A stretch of DNA of 64,000 nucleotides, from NCBI GenBank assembly GCA_043783565.1, contig JAYVZG010000038.1, positions 3,069-67,068 of the forward strand, given 5' to 3'. The stretch is from Flavobacterium sp. (GTDB lineage: Bacteria; Bacteroidota; Bacteroidia; Flavobacteriales; Flavobacteriaceae). Positions 10,291 to 21,104 of this stretch are shown here, piece by piece (position 1 is the first letter of the stretch; each line of letters starts with the position of its first letter). Both the position numbers and the translations under genes were made by a program. The notes under the pieces were generated by a model. That model was not told the origin of the DNA. It saw only the letters and a program-made list of their open reading frames with translations, and searched no databases.

Positions 10291-11595
10291 ATGCTAAAAA
10301 AAGTCCTTGACCTAATAAAAAAAAACAAAACTAAGGATTTCTTCATCTACGGTATTGGACAAGCCGTAAATATTATTAGCCCATTATTGGTTATTCCTTA
10401 TATAGTTCACATTTGTGGCGAAGAAGGGTTAGGTAAAATTGGTGTCGGTTTTTCATTTGCCCTGATAGCAATCGTTTTAGTAGATTATGGTTCCTACATA
10501 AATGGCACCAAAGAGATTTCGATATATAATAATGACAAAACGCTATTAGAAGAAAAATTCACTACTATTTATTTATCAAAATTACTATTATTGATATCAG
10601 TTTTGTTGTTTTGTTGTCTAATTATACTTGTAATTCCTTTTTTTCAAAAAGACAAAATACAACTTTTACTAAGTCTTTTGATTGTAGTTGGACAATTTAT
10701 CAACCCAACTTGGTTTCTTCAGGGAGTTCAAAATTTTAAATGGATTTCCATAATCAATGTAGGTTCTAAAGCGATATACGTTGTATCGGTTTTTTTGTTA
10801 ATTAAAAAACCAGAAGATTATATTTACATAAACTCATTTTTAGGATTAGGGTCAATAATAGCAAGTACATTAGGATTTCTGTGGATATATTTTCACTATT
10901 CATTTTCATTAAAAAACTCCTCATTTTCAAAGGCTATTGCATTGATAAAAAGTGAATTTTATCTTACGGTCTCTCAATTGTTTTTTTCGTTTTATCAATA
11001 TGCTCCAATTATGCTGATTAGTTATATCGGCGGGAATTTTATGGCAGGACAATATAGAATCATTGATCAAGTGGTAATGATTTTTAGAACGTATTTTCAA
11101 ATGTTTTTTAACTTTGTTTATGCGGATATTTGTCTCCAAATTTACAATAACATAAAAAAAGGAATTTATAACTGGAAACTAAAAAACGGTCTTAATTATT
11201 TAATGATTCTTTTGATATTGATTGTTTTTTATTTCGCTTCAAATTTGATTTTAATGTTTTTTAAAGTAAGTCCAAAAGATGTAACTAAATTAGTTTCGTT
11301 TTTTAGAATAGGATTGTTAATACCAGTTTTTATGGGCATTTCATTTGCATTAAAACAATTGATGTTTGCTTTTGATAAAAATAAGGAATACATCAGAATT
11401 ACTATTGCATCTACAATACTAAGTTTGATAATAATGTTCTTTTTAATTAAAGTTATTGGTTTAAAAGGAGCTTTTCTCTCTACAATTATAATAGAGTTTT
11501 TGATTATCACGGCCTATATATTAATCTTAAAAGATAAAATTTTATACAATATAAACCAAACAGAAAAAACAGAAACCAAAGCAAATAGTATATAA
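10291..11595 (+). CDS. wzx: Oligosaccharide flippase (Wzx)
   Basis: About 12 TM segments; PLLVIPY, DYG and WFLQG motifs typical of Wzx; heads the polysaccharide cluster. Confidence 0.8.
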   Translation: MLKKVLDLIKKNKTKDFFIYGIGQAVNIISPLLVIPYIVHICGEEGLGKIGVGFSFALIAIVLVDYGSYINGTKEISIYNNDKTLLEEKFTTIYLSKLLLLISVLLFCCLIILVIPFFQKDKIQLLLSLLIVVGQFINPTWFLQGVQNFKWISIINVGSKAIYVVSVFLLIKKPEDYIYINSFLGLGSIIASTLGFLWIYFHYSFSLKNSSFSKAIALIKSEFYLTVSQLFFSFYQYAPIMLISYIGGNFMAGQYRIIDQVVMIFRTYFQMFFNFVYADICLQIYNNIKKGIYNWKLKNGLNYLMILLILIVFYFASNLILMFFKVSPKDVTKLVSFFRIGLLIPVFMGISFALKQLMFAFDKNKEYIRITIASTILSLIIMFFLIKVIGLKGAFLSTIIIEFLIITAYILILKDKILYNINQTEKTETKANSI

Positions 11596-11682
11596 ACTTC
11601 TGAAGTTTCTATCTTTGAAAACAAAGAATAGTACTTATAAAATTGAATCTTTAAAAATAATGCACTTCAAACAAAACACAAT

Positions 11683-12942
11683 ATGAGAATAATATTAGAT
11701 AAAAGGTACGTATATCAGTTCCTCTTTTTTCTTTGTATTGGAGTAACTTACTTTGATATTTATGAACTTACGATAGCAATTTGGGCGATAACAGCTATTG
11801 TAACGAGACAGAAAACGTATTCAATGAGTTTTTTAAAAGTTGTTATTTGTATAGCAATCATCTTATTAATAGCAATTACAGGAACTCTATTTAAAGACTA
11901 TAAAAACTATTATATTATTCGAGATATCACTTATATGATAAAACCAATACTCGGTCTTTTAATTGGGTATCAATTATGCAAACCAAATTTTAAACACATA
12001 TTTCAAACCATAGTATATACGGGTTTTATTATTGCTTCTATTCATTTATTTATTTTGGCATTTTCAGTAATTTTTCATAATGTAAGAACTTTAAACGAGC
12101 TGAGATATGTAGGTGGTTATTTTAGTGATTTTGAAGTTTATGCTTTACTAATTTTAGTTTTTCACAAAAGTTTTGAATTGAAATTTACTACAAAGAGATT
12201 TTGGCTCTTAATATTGATTATAGGACTGTCTAGTATCATGTATTTAGCAAGAACTAATTTTATACAATTTATTATTTTGTTTGTCGGAATGAAAGGATAT
12301 TTCAAAATAAACAGAACCTCAATAATGGTAGTTTCATCAATTATATTATTAACTTTAATTGGGTATTTCACAATACTTTATATGAACCCTAAAAGAAATG
12401 GACCCGGAATTGAAGCTTTACTTTATAAAATAAAAATTGCACCACAGGAAGCTTTTAAAACAAAAGTTGACAGAGGAAACTGGAAAGATTTTAATGATAA
12501 TTATAGATCTTACGAGAACATAAGTACCGTAAATCAAGTTACTAAGAAAGGAATGTCTACAATTTTTTTTGGAGAAAGTATCGGTTCAAAAGTTGATTTA
12601 AAGCAAAAACTTTGGCTGGGAGATATGGAATTGCAGTATATTTCAATTCTTCATAATGGATTTATGACCGTTTTTTTAAAATCAGGTTTACTCGGTGTGT
12701 TTATCTATTTATATTCTATTTTTTTATTATTCAAACAAAAAAACTCTCAATTTTTTATTAATCAAAACATTAATTTATTATTAATTGGAACGGGTGTTTT
12801 TTTAATTTTTTCGAATTGGGTTTTTATGGGGTTATACAATAAATCCGACAACAAAGCTATTTTAATTGGTTTACTTTATTGTTACAAAGAATTAGTTATT
12901 AAAAAGAACCAAGCTGTTTTAACAGTAGAAAACGAACTATAA
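11683..12942 (+). CDS. Putative polysaccharide polymerase (Wzy-like)
   Basis: Polytopic membrane protein with a large loop and HNGF...KSGLLG (Wzy_C-like); context. Confidence 0.6.
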   Translation: MRIILDKRYVYQFLFFLCIGVTYFDIYELTIAIWAITAIVTRQKTYSMSFLKVVICIAIILLIAITGTLFKDYKNYYIIRDITYMIKPILGLLIGYQLCKPNFKHIFQTIVYTGFIIASIHLFILAFSVIFHNVRTLNELRYVGGYFSDFEVYALLILVFHKSFELKFTTKRFWLLILIIGLSSIMYLARTNFIQFIILFVGMKGYFKINRTSIMVVSSIILLTLIGYFTILYMNPKRNGPGIEALLYKIKIAPQEAFKTKVDRGNWKDFNDNYRSYENISTVNQVTKKGMSTIFFGESIGSKVDLKQKLWLGDMELQYISILHNGFMTVFLKSGLLGVFIYLYSIFLLFKQKNSQFFINQNINLLLIGTGVFLIFSNWVFMGLYNKSDNKAILIGLLYCYKELVIKKNQAVLTVENEL

Positions 12943-12943
12943 A

Positions 12944-14047
12944 ATGAATGCAAACAAATTTTTTGTCGATTGCCACATCTTTGATGGAAATCTTCAAGGA
13001 ACAACAACATATTTAAAAGGGTTATACCAAGAGCTTATTAAAGACAAAACGAAAAGTTTTTTTTTAGCTTCTTATAATGAAAACGAACTGCAAACTGTTT
13101 TTGGAAAACACTCCAACGTAACCTACTTAAAATACAAATCAAAAAATAAATTTATAAGACTATTAATAGATATTCCAAAACTTATTAAAGAGAATAATAT
13201 TGGTTATGCTCATTTTCAATATGTAGTTCCTCCATTCAAAAAATGCAATTATATAGTAACTATTCACGATGTTTTATTTTTAGATTTCCCTAATTACTTT
13301 CCGTTTTTATACAAATTAAAAAACAAATTTCTTTTTCAAAAAGCGATCGAAAATTCCGAAATCATTTTAACGGTATCACAATACTCCAAAGAACAGATTC
13401 AAAAGCATTTTAATAAAACTCAAGTATTTATAACTCCCAACGCAGTCGATCCGGTTTTTTTTGAGGAGTATAATAAATCAGAAATAGTAAAAATTGTAAA
13501 AGAACGTTATCAAATAGAAAACTATTGGGTTTATACGAGTCGTTGGGAGCCTAGAAAAAATCATGACATGTTATTAAAAACTTTTGTTGAAAATAAGTAT
13601 TATGAATCTTTTTATTTGGTTTTTATTGGAGACAAAGCCATAACAAACCATCAATACAACTCCTATTATGATTCATTAGAAGCTTCAATTCAGAAGAAAA
13701 TAAAAATATTAAACGGAGTGAATTTTGATGAATTGTTACTCTTAATACGTGGAGCGAATTTATCTATTTATCCTTCAATTGCCGAAGGTTTTGGAATCCC
13801 TCCCTTAGAATCTATTGCTGCTCAAGTTCCAACTATATGCTCAAACACCACCGCAATGTCTGACTATGATTTTATGGGTGATTGCCTTTTTAACCCACTT
13901 GATATTTCTGATATAAAAGATAAAATAACCATAGGTTTAAATGCGACTAAAATTGCTGAAAAGAAAGATTTTGTAAAGCAAAATTATAATTGGGCAATCG
14001 CTGCAGAGCAATTTAAAAAAGCAATTATTTCTTTTGAAAACATTTAA
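12944..14047 (+). CDS. GT4 family glycosyltransferase
   Basis: VTIHD, TVSQYSK, RKN, YPSIAEGFGIPPLE. Confidence 0.9.
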   Translation: MNANKFFVDCHIFDGNLQGTTTYLKGLYQELIKDKTKSFFLASYNENELQTVFGKHSNVTYLKYKSKNKFIRLLIDIPKLIKENNIGYAHFQYVVPPFKKCNYIVTIHDVLFLDFPNYFPFLYKLKNKFLFQKAIENSEIILTVSQYSKEQIQKHFNKTQVFITPNAVDPVFFEEYNKSEIVKIVKERYQIENYWVYTSRWEPRKNHDMLLKTFVENKYYESFYLVFIGDKAITNHQYNSYYDSLEASIQKKIKILNGVNFDELLLLIRGANLSIYPSIAEGFGIPPLESIAAQVPTICSNTTAMSDYDFMGDCLFNPLDISDIKDKITIGLNATKIAEKKDFVKQNYNWAIAAEQFKKAIISFENI

Positions 14048-14136
14048 TATTTTTTAATAATAAGTTGAGAATTAAAAAATTCTAAAACATTAAAATGTTT
14101 CCTAAACAATATTAGGTTTACTTTATTAAAAACACT

Positions 14137-14144
14137 TATTTTTG
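14137..14144 (+). promoter_or_regulatory. Internal -7 promoter box
   Basis: TATTTTTG upstream of ATG 14172. Confidence 0.5.
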
Positions 14145-14171
14145 ATGGGTTTAAAAAGAAGTTAGTCTATA

Positions 14172-15272
14172 ATGAAAATAGCCATTTTAGGAACACGCGG
14201 TATCCCCAATTATTATGGGGGCTTTGAACAATTTGCCGAATTTTTTTCGGTGTATTTGGTAGAAAAAGGACATGATGTGTTTGTCTACAATTCTCACAAC
14301 CATCCCTTTCAAGAAAAAACATTTAACGGAGTAAACTTAATCCATCAAAACGACCCAGAGCACAAACTAGGCACTTTTGGTCAGTTTATATATGATTATA
14401 ATTGTATCATGGATTCTCGAAAAAGAGACTTTGATGTTATTTTGCAATTAGGTTATACAAGTAATTCGGTTTGGTTTTTTTTACTACCTAAAAAAGCAAT
14501 TATTATTACAAACATGGACGGCTTAGAATGGAAACGGACAAAGTATTCAAAACCCGTACAACAATTTCTAAAATTCGCCGAGAGATTAGCCGCAATAAGT
14601 AGTGATTATTTAATTTCTGACTCCTTGGGAATTAAATCCTTTCTTTTAAAACAATATAAAAAAGAATCTACTTTTATAGCTTACGGAGCCCATCCGTTTA
14701 CAAACCCAAACGAATCAATTATTGAGCAGTATGATGTGTTAAAAAGCCAATACAATATGATTATGGCTCGTTTTGAGCCCGAAAACAATTTGGATATGGT
14801 TTTAGAAGGAGTCTCATTAAATGAGGATCAAACTCCTATTTTGGTTGTTGGAAACCACAATACTAAATATGGTGAATATTTAAAAAACAAGTTTAAAAAT
14901 TTTCCATACATTCGTTTTATTGGAGGAATATATAATTTAGAGCATTTAGATAATTTAAGATATTATTCTAATCTTTATTTTCACGGGCATTCCGTCGGTG
15001 GCACAAATCCTTCTCTTTTAGAAGCAATGGCTTCTAAAGCCCTGGTAATCTCGCACAACAATGATTTTAATAGGGGGATTTTAAACGAAAACGCCTATTA
15101 TTTTTCAAATGCAAATGAAGTTCAGAATATTTTGAAAACGGTTAATAAGAAAGATAATTTAATGATGGTAGAGAATAATTATAACGCCATTGTAAATGAA
15201 TATAATTGGGAAAAAATTAATGGAGAATACCTACAATTATTTGAAGACTGTTTTTCAAAATCTAAAAAATAA
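14172..15272 (+). CDS. GT4 glycosyltransferase with DUF1972 N-terminus (rhamnosyltransferase-like)
   Basis: MKIAILGTRGIP.YGGFE, DGLEWKR, RFEPENN, HSVGGTNPSLLEAM. Confidence 0.9.
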   Translation: MKIAILGTRGIPNYYGGFEQFAEFFSVYLVEKGHDVFVYNSHNHPFQEKTFNGVNLIHQNDPEHKLGTFGQFIYDYNCIMDSRKRDFDVILQLGYTSNSVWFFLLPKKAIIITNMDGLEWKRTKYSKPVQQFLKFAERLAAISSDYLISDSLGIKSFLLKQYKKESTFIAYGAHPFTNPNESIIEQYDVLKSQYNMIMARFEPENNLDMVLEGVSLNEDQTPILVVGNHNTKYGEYLKNKFKNFPYIRFIGGIYNLEHLDNLRYYSNLYFHGHSVGGTNPSLLEAMASKALVISHNNDFNRGILNENAYYFSNANEVQNILKTVNKKDNLMMVENNYNAIVNEYNWEKINGEYLQLFEDCFSKSKK

Positions 15273-16539
15273 CCAAAACTATTCGTTTTTTTTTATTATT
15301 TTAGTATTGTGGTGCATACCATTATCCTACGCTTTCAATAGTATTGCACTAACTCTATTAGCTGGCTTTACACTTTATAACTTTAAAAAAAGGAATTTTA
15401 AAATAGAGAAAACACTCCTTATTCCTATTGTATTGTTTCTTCTAATGGCGATTTCTATTCTTTGGTCTCGAGATATTTCGGGAACTTTTAAAGCAATTTC
15501 TAAAGGACTACCGTTACTTCTCTTTCCTTTATGTTTTTTTGTTTTGACTCCATTTACTCGAGAACAAAAACAAAAAATATTTCTGTATTTTAGTTATGGA
15601 ATGATCGCTTACACCTTATTCTACTTAATAAAAGCGTTTGTTCGTTTTACATTAACTCAAAACAAAGAAGTCTTTTTCTATCACGAGTTAGTAACGAATG
15701 ATGTAAATGCAATTCATGTTTCGTTATTTATGGCGTTGGCTATACTTTACTTATTTACAAAGACAAAAAAAAATATTTTAGAAATTGTTGGAATTTTCCT
15801 GATGACAGTAATTTTAATATTATTATCCTCTAAAAACATCATTTTTATTTTCTTTATTTTAATTATTGGAGGTTCTTTTTTAAAATATAAAACATCTCCA
15901 AAAGCAGCAATTCTAAAATTAGGAGCAGCTCTAATTATACTAATAGTTATTGCCTTTAATGGAAAAATAAAAAACAGATTCCTCTCCGAATATTTATCAA
16001 ACGAAACAGAAAATACATTGAATTATGAAATTGGATCAGATAGCGAAAAAGTCTACAATATCAGTATAAGACAAGCTTGGACACAAGATCAATTTAACCC
16101 AAATGATTTTTTCGGTGGTTCCGCATTTAGAGTATATCAAATACGAATTTTTAAAGAAATGCTACTTGAAGACCCCATTTTTTTTACAGGATACGGTTTG
16201 AATGCAACAGATAAGAAAATATCAGAAAAGAGAATTCAACACAATTTATATAAAGGGTATGAAGACAAGAATTTTCACAACGAATACATTCAAATATTTG
16301 CGGAACTAGGCGTATTTGGATTTATTATTTTATTGATAATGATTCTTGTGAATTTAATAAATGCAATTAAATCAAAAGATTTTTTGCATATTTCTTTTGC
16401 AGTTCTAATGATAAGTTTATTTTTGACAGAATCATTTATATCCAGACAAAGAGGAATTGTTTTTTTTACAATGTTTTACTGTTTATTAAATTCCGAAAAT
16501 TTAAATGTTTCTCCAAATAATACAATAAAAGAACAATAA
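15220..16539 (+). CDS. O-antigen ligase family protein (WaaL/Wzy_C)
   Basis: Polytopic membrane protein; FTGYG, NFHNEYIQIFAELG, FLTES..RQRG. Likely start MENTY at 15220, overlapping the upstream gene. Confidence 0.8.
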   Translation: MENTYNYLKTVFQNLKNNQNYSFFFIILVLWCIPLSYAFNSIALTLLAGFTLYNFKKRNFKIEKTLLIPIVLFLLMAISILWSRDISGTFKAISKGLPLLLFPLCFFVLTPFTREQKQKIFLYFSYGMIAYTLFYLIKAFVRFTLTQNKEVFFYHELVTNDVNAIHVSLFMALAILYLFTKTKKNILEIVGIFLMTVILILLSSKNIIFIFFILIIGGSFLKYKTSPKAAILKLGAALIILIVIAFNGKIKNRFLSEYLSNETENTLNYEIGSDSEKVYNISIRQAWTQDQFNPNDFFGGSAFRVYQIRIFKEMLLEDPIFFTGYGLNATDKKISEKRIQHNLYKGYEDKNFHNEYIQIFAELGVFGFIILLIMILVNLINAIKSKDFLHISFAVLMISLFLTESFISRQRGIVFFTMFYCLLNSENLNVSPNNTIKEQ

Positions 16540-16542
16540 CCT

Positions 16543-17526
16543 ATGAAAAGAATATTGATTACTGGTGCTGCTGGGTTTTTAGGGTCTCATTTATGCGATC
16601 GTTTTATTAAAGAAAGATATTTTGTAATTGGAATGGATAATTTGATAACAGGAGATTTAAAAAACATTGAACATCTTTTTAAACTTAAAAACTTCGAATT
16701 TTATCATCATGACGTTACTAAATTTGTTCATGTAGCTGGAGATTTAGACTATATCTTGCATTTCGCTTCCCCTGCAAGCCCAATTGATTATTTAAAAATT
16801 CCAATTCAAACGCTAAAAGTAGGTTCATTAGGGACGCATAATCTTTTAGGTTTGGCAAGAGTAAAAAAAGCAAGAATACTAATAGCATCTACTTCTGAAA
16901 TATACGGTGATCCTTTAGTTCATCCTCAAACAGAAGAATATTATGGAAATGTAAATACTATTGGCCCTAGAGGAGTATATGACGAAGCGAAACGATTTCA
17001 AGAATCTATAACAATGGCGTATCATACTTTCCATGGAGTAGAAACAAGAATAGTGAGAATATTTAATACGTATGGACCAAGAATGAGGCTTAATGACGGA
17101 AGAGTAATCCCCGCTTTTATTGGTCAGGCATTACGTGGGGAAGATTTGACCATTTTTGGAGACGGATCACAAACACGATCTTTTTGTTATGTTGATGACC
17201 AAGTAGAAGGAATATTTAGATTATTACATTCTGATTATATATATCCCGTAAACATTGGTAATCCTGATGAAATTACTATTAAAGATTTCGCGGATGAAAT
17301 TATTAAACTTACTGGAACATCTCAAAAAGTAGTATACCACCCATTACCCATGAACGATCCTTTGCAAAGACAACCTAATACAACAAAAGCTAAAGAAATA
17401 TTAGGTTGGGAAGCTAAAGTATCCCGAAGTGAAGGCATGAAAATCACGTATGAGTATTTCAAATCAATGTCATCAGAAGAACTATTAAAAGAAGAACACA
17501 AAGATTTTACAGGATATATTCATTAG
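16543..17526 (+). CDS. UDP-glucuronate decarboxylase (UDP-xylose synthase)
   Basis: [48 protein letters not shown]. Confidence 0.9.
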   Translation: MKRILITGAAGFLGSHLCDRFIKERYFVIGMDNLITGDLKNIEHLFKLKNFEFYHHDVTKFVHVAGDLDYILHFASPASPIDYLKIPIQTLKVGSLGTHNLLGLARVKKARILIASTSEIYGDPLVHPQTEEYYGNVNTIGPRGVYDEAKRFQESITMAYHTFHGVETRIVRIFNTYGPRMRLNDGRVIPAFIGQALRGEDLTIFGDGSQTRSFCYVDDQVEGIFRLLHSDYIYPVNIGNPDEITIKDFADEIIKLTGTSQKVVYHPLPMNDPLQRQPNTTKAKEILGWEAKVSRSEGMKITYEYFKSMSSEELLKEEHKDFTGYIH

Positions 17527-17527
17527 T

Positions 17528-18895
17528 ATGACATCATCTCAGACAGGTAGATATTCTAAATATATTAGACCAATAAGTATCGTTTTTGACTTGTTGGTAA
17601 TTACTGTTTTGTGTTTGTTTTTCTTCCAAGAATTAAATCTAAATTGTTTTTATTATTTAATTTATCAAACAGTAGCTTGGAGTATAATAGCTTTTTTAAT
17701 AAAGTTTTATGAAATTTATCGCTTTACAACTCCGGTAGAAATTACTTCAAAATTAGTACAACAAGGAATTTTATTTTTATTAGTAATAATTGCCTTTTTC
17801 CCTTTTTCAAAACAAGTCTTATTTAGCGGAAAAGCAATAGCTTTATTTATGGTCGCTAGTTTTACACTAATTACACTCTTCAAATATTTGCTGTTTTATT
17901 ATTTAAAAAAGTACAGAATTGTTACTGGAAGCAATTTTAGAAATGCTGTTATTATTGGATATACTCCAGAATCTATAAGACTTAAAGAACTTTTTGAAAC
18001 CCGTAATGATTATGGTTATCGTTTTTTAGGTTATTTTTCAGACAAGAAATCAAATTCGAATATAAAAGGGAAATTAGTCGATTTACAGAATTATATTCTT
18101 GCCAAAAATGTTGATGAAATCTATTGTTCTTTAAATGAAATTACCAACGAACAGCTTAAAGATTTAGTAGATTTTGCAGATGAAAATAACAAAGTGATTA
18201 AATTCATTCCTGACACAAAAGAAATATTTTCAAAAAATCTGAAAATAGAATATTATGAGTTTTTTCCAGTACTCTCGTTGAGAAAAACCATGCTACATGA
18301 CCCAACTACTAAAGCATTTAAAAGAATTTTCGACATTTTTTTTTCATCAGTAGTTATCATAGGACTTTTATCTTGGCTAACCCCATTATTAGCATTATTA
18401 ATTAAAATTGAATCAAGCGGACCAATTTTCTTTAAACAAGGCAGACCAGGAATAGATGAAAAAGAGTTTTTTTGTTATAAGTTTCGATCAATGAAAATAA
18501 ACATAACAACGGAAAGGGAAGCTTCAAAAAACGACCCAAGAGTTACAAAGATCGGAAGGTTTTTAAGAAAAACTAGTATAGATGAAATGCCTCAATTTTT
18601 GAATGTACTGCTAGGAGAAATGTCTGTAGTAGGACCGCGTCCTCATCTTTGGTCTCAAAACAAAGCTTATGGTAATAAGATAAAAAAATACATGGTTCGC
18701 CATTATGTAAAGCCCGGAATCACTGGTTTAGCTCAAGTTAGAGGTTTTAGAGGTGAGATAGAAACCGATGACGACATGATTAATAGAATAAAATACGATG
18801 TTTTTTATATCGAAAATTGGTCATTATTATTAGACATCAAAATCATCGTACAAACAGTTATCAATATCTTTAAAGGGGAAGAGAAAGCATACTAA
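17528..18895 (+). CDS. Undecaprenyl-phosphate sugar-1-phosphate transferase (WcaJ-like initiating enzyme)
   Basis: KRIFD, KFRSM, DPRVT, DEMPQF.NV, VGPRP, KPGITGLAQV. Confidence 0.9.
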   Translation: MTSSQTGRYSKYIRPISIVFDLLVITVLCLFFFQELNLNCFYYLIYQTVAWSIIAFLIKFYEIYRFTTPVEITSKLVQQGILFLLVIIAFFPFSKQVLFSGKAIALFMVASFTLITLFKYLLFYYLKKYRIVTGSNFRNAVIIGYTPESIRLKELFETRNDYGYRFLGYFSDKKSNSNIKGKLVDLQNYILAKNVDEIYCSLNEITNEQLKDLVDFADENNKVIKFIPDTKEIFSKNLKIEYYEFFPVLSLRKTMLHDPTTKAFKRIFDIFFSSVVIIGLLSWLTPLLALLIKIESSGPIFFKQGRPGIDEKEFFCYKFRSMKINITTEREASKNDPRVTKIGRFLRKTSIDEMPQFLNVLLGEMSVVGPRPHLWSQNKAYGNKIKKYMVRHYVKPGITGLAQVRGFRGEIETDDDMINRIKYDVFYIENWSLLLDIKIIVQTVINIFKGEEKAY

Positions 18896-18896
18896 T

Positions 18897-19679
18897 ATGG
18901 AAACGCCACTAGTATCCATAATAACACCTACTTACAATTCGGAAAAATTTATACGAGCTACGATTCTCTCCTTACTTTCTCAAACCTATACAAATTGGGA
19001 AATGATTGTTGTAGATGATTGCTCTACAGATACTACTGAAGAAATTATTCAAAAGTTCATAAAAGAAGATTCTAGATTTAGTTTTTACCAACTTCAAAAA
19101 AATTCTGGGCCAGGAATAGCAAGAAATCAAGCAGTAGATTTAGCTAAAGGACGTTATATTGCTTTTTTAGATTCGGATGATTTATGGAAACCAGAGAAAC
19201 TTCAAAAACAAATGGAATTTCTTACTTTAAATAATCTGCCTTTTACGTTTTCCTTTTATGAGTGCATCGATGAAGAAGGTAAACCATTAAATTTAAAAAT
19301 TGAAGCTCCATTAAAACTTCATTATTGGCAACTTTTCTTTTGCAATTTTGTAGGCAATCTAACTGGAATTTACGACGTGAATTATTTTAAAAAAATTCCT
19401 ATTTCAAGTATTCGCAAAAGACAAGATTGGATGGTTTGGTTAACAGTTTTAAAAAAGATAAAAACAGCTCAACCTATTCCGGAAAGTTTGGCTTTTTATA
19501 GAGTTAGAAAAGATTCAATTTCTTCTTCCAAATGGAAATTAATTCAACACAACTTTACTGTTTATAGACAATTTCATGAATTCAATGTGTTTGTGTCTCT
19601 ATGTTGTATGATGGGATTTTTATTTACACAATTATTGATAAAACCAAGATTTAGTAAGAAGTTGAAATCATCGATTTAA
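18897..19679 (+). CDS. GT2 glycosyltransferase (TuaG-like)
   Basis: VSIITPTYN, VDDCSTD, AFLDSDDLW, RQDW. Confidence 0.9.
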   Translation: METPLVSIITPTYNSEKFIRATILSLLSQTYTNWEMIVVDDCSTDTTEEIIQKFIKEDSRFSFYQLQKNSGPGIARNQAVDLAKGRYIAFLDSDDLWKPEKLQKQMEFLTLNNLPFTFSFYECIDEEGKPLNLKIEAPLKLHYWQLFFCNFVGNLTGIYDVNYFKKIPISSIRKRQDWMVWLTVLKKIKTAQPIPESLAFYRVRKDSISSSKWKLIQHNFTVYRQFHEFNVFVSLCCMMGFLFTQLLIKPRFSKKLKSSI

Positions 19680-20973
19680 ATTGTTTCAACTTACCACTTT
19701 TACTTCTTTCTATTGCGTCTTTACGATAAAAAAGATACTTCAAATTAGGTTCTAAAAACTGACTCAATACTCGTTCAATCTCATTAATTTCTTCTGTAGA
19801 CAATTCCTTTTCACTGACATATTCTATTTCAAAAGTATCCAGTTTTGTTTGCGTAATGACAAATTCTTTGACATTGCCTTCGTCATCAAAAAGCTTTTTG
19901 GTAATAGAATAAAATGTCATTCCGGGCGATTTTTTTCCACTAGGTAAAATAGCTACATCATTTGTTCTTCCCACTAGTTTTTTCAGAATAGGATGTTGAA
20001 TTGTACTTTTTTCATCTAATATCCCTATATCTCCCACTTCATAACGAATCATCGGATGGGCTTTGTTATACAGTGAAGTCACCACAATTCGCCCTTCCTG
20101 TCCGTAAGGTAAAACAAGATTATTTTCATCCAAAATCTCCACAAATAGCGTCTCTGAATTGATTTTCCAAATACCATCAGGGTTTTCTAAAGCGATAATA
20201 TCCAACTCAGCACTTCCATATTCGTTGATGATTGGAATTCGAAATCGTTCTTCCAATAATTTCTTGTCTTCAACAAACAACATTTCAGAAGTGACAATAC
20301 AAACTTTCATACTTGGACAAATAGTATCCAAAAACAGTTTTTCTTTTTGAAGATATTTAGCCAATAATACAATCGAATTGGTGTAACCATTGATATAATC
20401 AAACTTAGTTCGCTGAAACTTATCGACCATTTTTTGCAATGCTGCATCCGAAAAATCGAAAATATTAAACCGATAGCGATGGCTTAAAAAATCCTTTAAA
20501 CGTAATTGGGTATTGGCGATAAAGTCTAACGGCATTCCATAAAAACGCGCTTGCCACGAATGATTAAAATCCAAACCATACCATTGAAATCGCCGCATAA
20601 TATTGACCCATGTCAAAGCATGACAAAATTTATCTTTTGCAAAAACAAGCGGATCGCCACTAGAACCAGACGTTTTATTGATGTAAACATTTTTTCGGGT
20701 AAATCCTTTCGACAGCCTTTCAACCAAAGGTTTTTGTAAATGGATTTTTTTCATCACCGGAATATCTTCCCATTTCACATTCGATTTAGAACCGATCAAA
20801 CTACTATAGAAAGGATTGTTTTGCAGGTGATATGCTACTATTTCTTTCTTTTTTAATTCTATAAACGTAGCATAATCTTCATCGGATAATGCCAGAATTT
20901 TGTCTAATTCTTCTTGAGATTTCTTTATGGGAAAACCGTTGAGACGTAAAGTAAGATTAAAAAGATTCAACAC
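19651..20973 (-). CDS. Phenylacetate-CoA ligase/CapK-like adenylate-forming enzyme
   Basis: TSGSSGDP P-loop, EYGSAE, RYEVGD, SGKLK; GTG start; -7 box at 20991-20998 on the minus strand. Confidence 0.85.
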   Translation of the reverse strand: MLNLFNLTLRLNGFPIKKSQEELDKILALSDEDYATFIELKKKEIVAYHLQNNPFYSSLIGSKSNVKWEDIPVMKKIHLQKPLVERLSKGFTRKNVYINKTSGSSGDPLVFAKDKFCHALTWVNIMRRFQWYGLDFNHSWQARFYGMPLDFIANTQLRLKDFLSHRYRFNIFDFSDAALQKMVDKFQRTKFDYINGYTNSIVLLAKYLQKEKLFLDTICPSMKVCIVTSEMLFVEDKKLLEERFRIPIINEYGSAELDIIALENPDGIWKINSETLFVEILDENNLVLPYGQEGRIVVTSLYNKAHPMIRYEVGDIGILDEKSTIQHPILKKLVGRTNDVAILPSGKKSPGMTFYSITKKLFDDEGNVKEFVITQTKLDTFEIEYVSEKELSTEEINEIERVLSQFLEPNLKYLFYRKDAIERSKSGKLKQFKSMISTSY

Positions 20974-21104
20974 AATGAGGATATTTTTATCAAAAATAAT
21001 ACTTAGAGATAACTATCTTGTAGGAAGTATGATTTTTTTAAAATTTAATTACAAAAAACCTACAAAAGCAAGTATTTTTGCCAAACACAACTAAACCCAA
21101 AAAC

